Below are positions 36,959 through 43,373 of a stretch of 43,638 bases of DNA, piece by piece (positions within the stretch are counted from its first letter, which is position 1; every line of letters begins with the position of its first letter). The position numbers and the translations under genes were made by a program. The stretch covers positions 10,443-54,080 of the forward strand of contig PBQF01000004.1 in NCBI GenBank assembly GCA_002724975.1, written 5' to 3'. The notes beneath the pieces are model-generated. The model saw nothing but the letters and a program-made list of their open reading frames with translations. It was not told the DNA's origin and did no database searches. The DNA comes from Parcubacteria group bacterium (GTDB lineage Bacteria; Patescibacteriota; Minisyncoccia; Phycocordibacterales; GCA-002724975).

Positions 36959-36968
36959 GTCTTCCTTT

Positions 36969-37334
36969 TTATATCCCCTTGCAGTTTGCCGCAGGTTCGT
37001 ATCCAGCTGTTTCTGCAGCTTCTTTTGAATCAAACCAAACTTTATTTTCTTCTTTTATTCTTAAAGCTCCAGAACACCAAGGTAAATGATACTTTGTTCC
37101 ATTTTTAGAAACTACGTATTTACCTCCAATAGGGGAACTCTCCCCCACTGCCTGACTTTTTTCGGAGTTTATAGTTGTTGCAGAATTTTCAATTAATCTT
37201 ATTGGTTGTTTTTCATCTTCAATTTTTGAAAGTCGTCCCAAACCAAACGAAGCTGATGCTACTAAGATGATAATAAGGACAATGTATATATTGTCTCCAA
37301 TATTGATTTTTTGACCTAAATTTCGTATACTCAC
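36969..37334 (-). CDS. membrane-anchored protein with C-terminal Cys-containing Ada-like / YH..C...GY.P...C motif domain
   Basis: The C-terminus reads KYHLPWCSGALRIKEENKVWFDSKEAAETAGYEPAANCKG. The track start 37433 is a GTG that overlaps rpmA antisense. In-frame GTG 37334 gives a short basic N-terminus plus a TM helix, and is preceded by TGCTAAAAT (37351-37343) 8 nt upstream. Confidence 0.6.
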   Translation of the reverse strand: MSIRNLGQKINIGDNIYIVLIIILVASASFGLGRLSKIEDEKQPIRLIENSATTINSEKSQAVGESSPIGGKYVVSKNGTKYHLPWCSGALRIKEENKVWFDSKEAAETAGYEPAANCKGI

Positions 37335-37365
37335 AGGGCTTAATTTTAGCAAATAATACTTATTT

Positions 37366-37638
37366 ATGGCGCATCGGAAAGCTGGTGGATCAGCTAAAAA
37401 TCTAAAGGATTCAAAACCAAAGTTCCTTGGCACAAAGCTCTATCAGGGTGAAAAAGCTAAGACTGGTAGTGTTATTGTAAGACAAAGGGGTACAAAAATT
37501 GAGGCCGGGGAAAATGTTAAGGTTGGCAAGGACCACACACTTTTTGCACTTAAATCTGGGGTGGTTAATTTTAGGGAAAAAAGAAAAAAGCGATTTGACG
37601 GGAAAATAGTCAGAAAAAAAGTTGTAGATATAAAATAA
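37366..37638 (+). CDS. rpmA: 50S ribosomal protein L27
   Basis: [18 protein letters not shown]...GE ... RQRGTK...G.NV..G.DHTLFA is the canonical L27 sequence. Confidence 0.95.
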   Translation: MAHRKAGGSAKNLKDSKPKFLGTKLYQGEKAKTGSVIVRQRGTKIEAGENVKVGKDHTLFALKSGVVNFREKRKKRFDGKIVRKKVVDIK

Positions 37639-37642
37639 AAAG

Positions 37643-37669
37643 TGCGGAGGGTTATCCTCCGTGTTTTTT
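37643..37669. terminator. bidirectional intrinsic terminator between convergent rpmA and rplI
   Basis: GCGGAGG-GTTAT-CCTCCGT, flanked by AAAA on the left and TTTTTT on the right. Confidence 0.75.
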
Positions 37670-37671
37670 GA

Positions 37672-38091
37672 TTAGGAAGGGTTTAAGACTAGTTTCACTT
37701 TTGTCTTTTTTTCTCCAACTTGAATTTCAATTGTATACTCCCCAACCTCTTTAATTGGATGCTCGAGTAAAATGTTTTTGGCAGGGATGCCAGAATGTCT
37801 TGAAATTTCCTCCTTCCCTACTCCAGCAAACAAATAACCTTTTTCATTTGCCTTTTCTTTTATTTCAATTTGTTTTATGTCCCTGACTTTCTTGCCAAGA
37901 GCTTCCAGATTAACTTTGTTGACAGCCTCTTCTTTAACCCTCAGGCCTTCAATTTTCTTTATCGATTGAGGAGTAGCTAAAATAGCCATTTTTTTGGGGA
38001 TTAAAAAGTTTAAAGCAAATCCATCTTTAACTTCTTTAATATCATTTCTCTGCCCTACTTTTGGGACATCTTTAAGTAAAATAACTTTCAC
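37672..38091 (-). CDS. rplI: 50S ribosomal protein L9
   Basis: From GTG 38091 the product is (M)KVILLKDVPKVGQRNDIKEVKDGFALNFLIPKKMA, the canonical L9 N-terminus. The track start TTG 38112 adds 7 non-conserved residues. TATAAT (38106-38101) lies 9 nt upstream of the GTG. Confidence 0.9.
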   Translation of the reverse strand: MKVILLKDVPKVGQRNDIKEVKDGFALNFLIPKKMAILATPQSIKKIEGLRVKEEAVNKVNLEALGKKVRDIKQIEIKEKANEKGYLFAGVGKEEISRHSGIPAKNILLEHPIKEVGEYTIEIQVGEKKTKVKLVLNPS

Positions 38092-38111
38092 AGCAAGGGG
38101 ATTATAGCACA

Positions 38112-38350
38112 AAAAAAGCCGCCCCGAGACGAGCGAGCGGCTTATTCCCTACCTAGCGGTAGGGGTAATTGGCCTTGGGGTAATTGTTTTTGGCCTTCTG
38201 CCTCCGGAGACGGCTTCTCCGACGGCAGCTTCTTTTTTGCCCCCCTGAAGAGGATCTCCCCGCAGATTTGGCAACAGCCGAATTTCTGTCCGCCTGAAGT
38301 CCACCATCTCGGTGGACCTCCATGTAGACACCACATAGGCACCCCCTCTC
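38112..38350 (-). ncRNA. G+C-rich, hairpin-dense non-coding RNA of unknown family
   Basis: 55-58 % G+C by hand count in lines 38161-38280, against about one third elsewhere. Only three mutually overlapping Arg/Gly-rich ORFs. It has its own promoter (38383-38356) and terminator (38142-38111). At least five perfect or near-perfect hairpins on the minus strand. Confidence 0.6.
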
Positions 38351-38355
38351 TTCTG

Positions 38356-38383
38356 AGTGTAGCAGTTTTTTACTATTTGTCAA
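38356..38383 (-). promoter_or_regulatory. promoter of the G+C-rich RNA
   Basis: On the minus strand: TTGACA (38383-38378), a 16-nt spacer, then TACACT (38361-38356). It begins 5 nt after the S41 protease stop. Confidence 0.6.
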
Positions 38384-38388
38384 GTAAG

Positions 38389-39630
38389 CTATTTTTCCAA
38401 AAGAATTTCCACCGCTTTCTCCAACTGTGGATCCAAGCCAGCATTGAAATCTTCGATTGTCATTTCAACCTCTACATCTGGTTTAACTCCCCCATCAGAA
38501 ATTGAATTTCCATTCGGTGTCAGCCATTTGGCAACTGTTACTTTAAGTGATGCACCATTTGTTACATCTGCCAATTCTTGAACGGAACCTTTGCCAAAAG
38601 ACTTACTTCCGACGATTGTAGCAACATCATGTTCTTTTAATGCCCCAGCCAAAATTTCTGAAGCTGAAGCACTTCCTCTGTCAACCAAGATTACAAACTT
38701 CAAATTCTCGTTAAAAATATCATAACCCTTGCTTCTATGTATTAAGTCTTCTCCATTGTTTTTGTAATCTTCCGTGACAATTATTTTACCAACAGGCAGG
38801 AACCAAGAAGCAATATCAATCGACGCTTCCAAAAAACCACCTGGATTTCCACGCAGGTCCAAAATTAATTTATTACTACCACCATTTATAAAGTTTCGAA
38901 GAGCGATCCTAAATTCGTTCGGTGATATGGCTGAGAAGTTAAATAGTCTAATTACAAAGACACCATCTGGCCGAAGTTCTGATTCCATTGTTGGAATTTT
39001 GATAATGTCTCTGACAACATCAATATCAAAAGTTCCTTCTCTCCCTTCTCTAATTAAGGTTAATTTAACACTCGTGCCAATTTCCCCTCTTATAACGCTT
39101 ACAGATTCATCAACACTCATATTGGCCGTACTTTCTCCATCAACAGCCAAAATTATATCTCCTGCCTGGATTCCTGCTCTTTCTGCCGGGGTATCTTTCA
39201 AAGGGGCAATAACTATTAAAATGCTGTCGCGAATACCGATTTCCATTCCAACTCCGCCAAAATTTCCGCTTATGTTCTCTGCAAAAAGTTCTGCTTCCTG
39301 TGGGGGTAAGAAGTTGGTATAAGGATCACCCAAAGAACTTGCTAAACCGGAAATTGCACCCCAAATCTTGTCTTGTGGCTCTATATCTTCATTATCTACA
39401 TATTTTTCATTTATGATATTCCAAGCTTTCCAAAAGACTGAGAAATCAACCTGTTCTGGTTGGCCTAAATCCTGATTTGCGACTTCTGTAACTTTACTTT
39501 CTTCACTATTTTCTCCGACGAACATTCCAGTAAAAAAGGCTCCTATGATTAGAAGCAACATGATGATTGAGGTTAATACTTTATTTCCGCTACCCCTCAG
39601 ATTTTCTGGATTTAATTTTTTTTCTAGCAT
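38389..39630 (-). CDS. S41 family carboxyl-terminal processing protease
   Basis: TM anchor and PDZ region (GIQAGDIILAVDG). GNPGGFL, GSASASEI (Ser) and SFGKGSVQ (Lys) motifs. ATG 39630 is preferred over the track TTG 39669. Confidence 0.9.
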   Translation of the reverse strand: MLEKKLNPENLRGSGNKVLTSIIMLLLIIGAFFTGMFVGENSEESKVTEVANQDLGQPEQVDFSVFWKAWNIINEKYVDNEDIEPQDKIWGAISGLASSLGDPYTNFLPPQEAELFAENISGNFGGVGMEIGIRDSILIVIAPLKDTPAERAGIQAGDIILAVDGESTANMSVDESVSVIRGEIGTSVKLTLIREGREGTFDIDVVRDIIKIPTMESELRPDGVFVIRLFNFSAISPNEFRIALRNFINGGSNKLILDLRGNPGGFLEASIDIASWFLPVGKIIVTEDYKNNGEDLIHRSKGYDIFNENLKFVILVDRGSASASEILAGALKEHDVATIVGSKSFGKGSVQELADVTNGASLKVTVAKWLTPNGNSISDGGVKPDVEVEMTIEDFNAGLDPQLEKAVEILLEK

Positions 39631-39710
39631 TCGGTCATTAATTATCTCAAAGGAAAAGGGTGTGAGCAAGTTTGGTACACAACTTTTTTGTTTTTGGTAG
39701 AATTAAAGGA

Positions 39711-40625
39711 ATGATAAGCAGATTTACTCATAAGAAAATTACTTGGATTGATTTGGAATCTCCGACTAATTCAGAACTCCTTCAAATTGCAAATGAGTTT
39801 AAAATTGTCTCTCTGGTGGCAGACGAGTTAAAATCTCCCAGTATTAAGCCAAGAGTTGATTTATACAAGAATTTTATCTTTTTGATTTTACACTTCCCCG
39901 CTTTTAGACACAGTCATATTAGTCAATCCAATCAAGAAGTTGATTTCATAATCAGCAGGAATTTTTTGATAACAGTCCATTATGATGTAATCGATCCTAT
40001 TCATAAGTTTTCAAAAGAGTTTGAGGTTGAATCTATTTTGGGGAAGCATGACGTAAGAACTCATGCAGGATTTGTTTTTCATCATTTAATCAGAAAGCTT
40101 TATAACTCTCTTGAACATGAGCTCGAATACATCAACAGTTCTCTTGGTGAAATTGAAGACAGGATTTTTACAGGCAAGGAAAAGGAGGTTGTCAGGGATA
40201 TTTCGGAAGCCAGTAGAGACCTTTTAAATTTCAAGCAGGCCACGAGTTCGCACGAGGAGGTTCTGGAATCTTTTGAGATTGCGGGCGAGAAATTTTTTGG
40301 CGGGGATTTTGATTATTTTCTCCGAGACATTATTAGTGAGTATTATAAAATAAACCGGATTATAAAAAATCATCAGGAATCTCTTTTGGAACTCCGTGAT
40401 ACCAACGATTCTCTTTTGAGTACTAAGCAGAATGAAACGATGAAAATCTTAGCCATTTTGGCTTTTTTGACATTTCCACTCTCTCTTGTTGCTTCGATTT
40501 TCGGAATGAACACGAATTATTTGCCCGTTGTGGGAACAGAGGGCGATTTCTGGATTATTATTAGTATCATGAGTATACTGACCCTTATTTTCTTCTTTTA
40601 TTTCAAGAAAAAAGGGTGGTTGTAG
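39711..40625 (+). CDS. corA: CorA family magnesium/cobalt transporter
   Basis: Two C-terminal TM helices bracketing the FGMN signature (SIFGMNTNYLP). ATG 39711 is preferred over TTG 39672. TGGTAGAAT ends 7 nt upstream. Confidence 0.9.
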   Translation: MISRFTHKKITWIDLESPTNSELLQIANEFKIVSLVADELKSPSIKPRVDLYKNFIFLILHFPAFRHSHISQSNQEVDFIISRNFLITVHYDVIDPIHKFSKEFEVESILGKHDVRTHAGFVFHHLIRKLYNSLEHELEYINSSLGEIEDRIFTGKEKEVVRDISEASRDLLNFKQATSSHEEVLESFEIAGEKFFGGDFDYFLRDIISEYYKINRIIKNHQESLLELRDTNDSLLSTKQNETMKILAILAFLTFPLSLVASIFGMNTNYLPVVGTEGDFWIIISIMSILTLIFFFYFKKKGWL

Positions 40626-40666
40626 GCTCTTTATAGGAAAGTCTTAATCATATATACTTTTAGCCA

Positions 40667-42031
40667 ATGTTGATGCTGAAAAACACCCTTTCGGGTGAAT
40701 TAGAAGAATTTAAACCGATAAAAAAGGGTGAAGTCGGAATGTATAATTGTGGCCCGACTGTTTACAACTACGCTCATATAGGTAATCTCCGAGCTTATGT
40801 TTTTTCTGACATTTTAAAAAGGACTCTCAAATATAATGATTATCAAGTAACGCAGGTTATAAATATTACTGATGTTGGCCATCTAACAGACGAGGGGTTG
40901 GATAAAATAGAGGAAAGAGCTAAAGAAGAAAGCAAGGGGGTTCAGGATATGGCCAATATGTATATTAAAAAATTTTTTGAAGATCTAAGTGAATTAAATA
41001 TTAATGTTGGGGATACTATTTTTCCAAAAGCGTCCGAACACATAAACGAGCAGATAGAAATGATAGAAAAACTGGAATCTCGGGGCTTTACTTATAAGAC
41101 TTCAGACGGTATTTATTTTAATACTGCCGAGTATATTGGATACGGAAAACTTGGAAATATAAACATTGACGAACTGAAAGAAGGGGCAAGAGTTGAAAAG
41201 AATAATGAAAAGAAAAATATGGCAGATTTTGCTCTTTGGAAATTTTCGGAAAAAGGAGTTAAAAGACAACAGGAGTGGAAATCTCCATGGGGTGTTGGTT
41301 TCCCGGGTTGGCATATTGAATGTTCTGCCATGAGTATGAAGCATTTAGGAGAGCATTTTGATATCCACACTGGTGGAGTCGACCATATTTTCCCCCATCA
41401 CAATAATGAAATTGCTCAGTCAGAAAGTGCTACTGGAAAAGCTTTTGTTAATTATTGGCTTCATGGAGCATTTCTAAATCTGAAGGGTGAGAAAATTTCC
41501 AAATCTAAAGGAAATTTAGTTTTACTTGACGAGATTACAGAGAAGGGACTCAATCCTCTTAGTTATCGTTACTGGCTTCTAACAGCTACTTATAACTCCC
41601 CTCTTAGTTTTTCTTGGGATGCAATTGAGGGTACTGAAATTGCTTTAAATAAATTGCATGACAGATTTAGAGAATTGCCGGAGGGTGGCAAAATTGATGA
41701 TAATTATAGAGCTTTATTTAAAGGATTTATAAATAATGATTTGAATACTCCGAAAGCTATAGCCTTGTTGTGGAACTTGCTGAAGGACAATGATATACAA
41801 CCAGGGGACAAAAAAGCCACTCTCTTAGAATTTGATAAAGTTTTGGCACTTGGCTTGGATAATTTAAGTGAAGTAGAAATCCCTAAAGAGGTTTTGGGTT
41901 TGGTTAAAGAAAGAGAGAAAGCGCGGGGGGAAAAGGATTGGGACAGGTCAGATGAATTACGAAATAAAATTGAAAAGCTCGGTTTTGGGGTTAAGGATAC
42001 TTCAGAGGGTTCAAAAATTTCTAAAATTTAA
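40667..42031 (+). CDS. cysS: cysteine--tRNA ligase
   Basis: CGPTVYNYAHIGNLR (HIGH), the Zn-ligand context WHIEC, and KISKSKGN (KMSKS). Confidence 0.95.
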   Translation: MLMLKNTLSGELEEFKPIKKGEVGMYNCGPTVYNYAHIGNLRAYVFSDILKRTLKYNDYQVTQVINITDVGHLTDEGLDKIEERAKEESKGVQDMANMYIKKFFEDLSELNINVGDTIFPKASEHINEQIEMIEKLESRGFTYKTSDGIYFNTAEYIGYGKLGNINIDELKEGARVEKNNEKKNMADFALWKFSEKGVKRQQEWKSPWGVGFPGWHIECSAMSMKHLGEHFDIHTGGVDHIFPHHNNEIAQSESATGKAFVNYWLHGAFLNLKGEKISKSKGNLVLLDEITEKGLNPLSYRYWLLTATYNSPLSFSWDAIEGTEIALNKLHDRFRELPEGGKIDDNYRALFKGFINNDLNTPKAIALLWNLLKDNDIQPGDKKATLLEFDKVLALGLDNLSEVEIPKEVLGLVKEREKARGEKDWDRSDELRNKIEKLGFGVKDTSEGSKISKI

Positions 42032-42180
42032 TTTTACATTTAAGGACGAAAAAGAAAGCCCTACTGGCTCTTTTCAGCAATCCACCTCCCGTTAGTGGGC
42101 AAGTTCAGAACCCCAAATTGGAGACAAATACAAGATGAACTTAACGCTTTTGTCGGTTACTTTCCAGGCTTAGTACCTAG

Positions 42181-42582
42181 TTACTCTGTGTAATAACAAA
42201 CTTCTAACGGGATGCCATCTGGGTCACGGAAGTAAAAAGCGTAATACCCATCTCCGTAATCGGGATAATCTTTGGGCTTTCTTGTGATTTTGGTCCCCAA
42301 GGTTTCGGTTACTTTGAAAACCTCATCTACTTTTTCCTTTTTATCTACAAATAGGGCTATATGATTCAGGCCTGGGTAACGAACGAAGTCCTGATGCTCA
42401 ATCTGGCCTTCGTGTTGTAACATCAAAGAGTGTCCGTCTTTATTATATTCTCTAAGACCAAACCCGTCTTTTTCGCTAGAGAGGCCGACTTCAAAACCAA
42501 CAGCTTCCATCAACTTATCGTAGAAACCCTTTGATTTTTCCCAATTGCTGACGCTTAATATAATGTGAGCTATTTTAGGCAT
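42181..42582 (-). CDS. VOC (glyoxalase/bleomycin-resistance/dioxygenase) family protein
   Basis: 133 aa with a paired beta-alpha-beta-beta-beta pattern. HIILSV..W..S..FY and NHIALFV ... YAFYFRDPDGIPLEV are typical of VOC proteins. Confidence 0.8.
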   Translation of the reverse strand: MPKIAHIILSVSNWEKSKGFYDKLMEAVGFEVGLSSEKDGFGLREYNKDGHSLMLQHEGQIEHQDFVRYPGLNHIALFVDKKEKVDEVFKVTETLGTKITRKPKDYPDYGDGYYAFYFRDPDGIPLEVCYYTE

Positions 42583-42973
42583 ATCGTTTTGCTTTAACTT
42601 TTAATACATCGCTTTTCGCCTTACCCCTCAGGTCTCGTAAGGCATAAAGGGTTATGACTGAGGATACCGCTTGTTGTCTTAGCTTCTTAACATAATCTAA
42701 TACTCTCTTCTTGTCACCCCTCATCGTATCCTTAAGAGCCCAACCTACACCCTGAAGGACAAGTCTCTCTTGGTCTTCCAAAAGATTGTTGCATAGCTTG
42801 ATACATTGCTTTGTATACTTACCAGTCTCACCAATGGTACGAACAAATACCACTACGCTGGCTCTTCTCTCCCAAGGGTTCTTTGATTTGTTCCATTTAT
42901 TCAATAATATGGCAACTTCTTTTGGGTATCTAAGAAGAAGTGGTTGAAGCACGTTAATGTAAAAGGGCTCCAC
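42575..42973 (-). pseudogene. 5'-truncated DNA alkylation repair (AlkD-like HEAT-repeat) gene fragment
   Basis: The W.KS.N.WERRASVV / GVGWALKD pattern matches the C-terminal half of the AlkD family. Only 132 aa, with a GTG pseudo-start. An in-frame TGA lies immediately upstream, exactly where base composition changes. Confidence 0.5.
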
Positions 42974-43010
42974 TCAACCGAAGTCAAGGGAGCCCCGTGC
43001 TAGCTAGAAG

Positions 43011-43373
43011 CTAGCGGGTGACGAGGAGACGGACCGTACCCGTGCGGGCCTTCACTCGGACCACTCTGGCACCACGACGCTTGTGGTCACGGTTGCTCAA
43101 GAGGGTGAGGTTGTCGCCTGGCTCGGGGAGCTGCTGCATCAGGTGCAGGAACAGCCGTTGTTGTGCGTTCATCGAGAGCCTCGCGACTACGTCCATCACC
43201 GACGTGGCAGTCGACTCCACCTCGATGATGTAGTCGTTCACGCGGTATGAGAAGTAGCGAGCTTTTGAGTCGGACTGGCGGAGTTCATCCACCTCGTCCT
43301 TGATTCCGCACTCTGCGAAGAGCTGGTCTGCATCCACGGTCTTGGTGATCGTTCGTACGTCTTCGTTCGTCAT
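43011..43373 (-). CDS. hypothetical protein encoded in a high-G+C segment
   Basis: 120-aa ORF with AAGGAG 6 nt upstream of the ATG (43385-43380). About 68 % G+C by hand count in 43021-43080. No family recognised. Confidence 0.6.
   Translation of the reverse strand: MTNEDVRTITKTVDADQLFAECGIKDEVDELRQSDSKARYFSYRVNDYIIEVESTATSVMDVVARLSMNAQQRLFLHLMQQLPEPGDNLTLLSNRDHKRRGARVVRVKARTGTVRLLVTR

Noticed and set aside
36314-36968. Chromosomal replication origin (oriC) in the long non-coding stretch
   Set aside because: Only one 8-of-9 and three 7-of-9 DnaA-box matches are present, which is expected by chance in AT-rich DNA. No dnaA or dnaN is adjacent, and flanking genes on both sides are on the same (minus) strand, so there is no orientation switch. 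It is kept only as a low-probability alternative inside the finding.
38112-38350. Identity of the G+C-rich RNA as RNase P RNA, tmRNA, SRP RNA, 6S RNA or 5S rRNA
   Set aside because: GGAGGUCC and GACAGAAAUUCGGCU faintly resemble the two RNase P P4 strands, but they are only about 30 nt apart, the AAAG is missing, and the RNA is too short. There is no tRNA-like T-arm/CCA end for tmRNA. There is no GGAA-loop/AGCAGC SRP motif. ACUCAGAAG matches 5S only over 9 nt. None can be asserted without a covariance-model search.
38142-38383. Three overlapping minus-strand ORFs of 61-76 aa (38142..38342, 38149..38334, 38153..38383)
   Set aside because: They occupy all three frames of the same G+C-rich island and are Arg/Gly/Pro-rich low-complexity translations. 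The locus has a promoter and terminator bracketing stacked hairpins. They are better explained as an RNA gene.
38774-39322. 182-aa plus-strand ORF inside the S41 protease gene, and similar long antisense ORFs at 11070..11453, 12481..12861, 22753..23088 and 33235..33528
   Set aside because: These are shadow ORFs antisense to well-supported conserved genes. Their translations are Ser/Leu/Pro/Ile-rich with no recognisable motifs, which is typical of AT-rich genomes with few antisense stops.
42032-42180. Small RNA or tRNA in the cysS-VOC spacer
   Set aside because: Only a weak terminator-like hairpin, AAAAGAAAGCC-CTACT-GGCTCTTTT, is present. There is no cloverleaf or further structure, and the tiny ORF (MNLTLLSVTFQA) is not credible.
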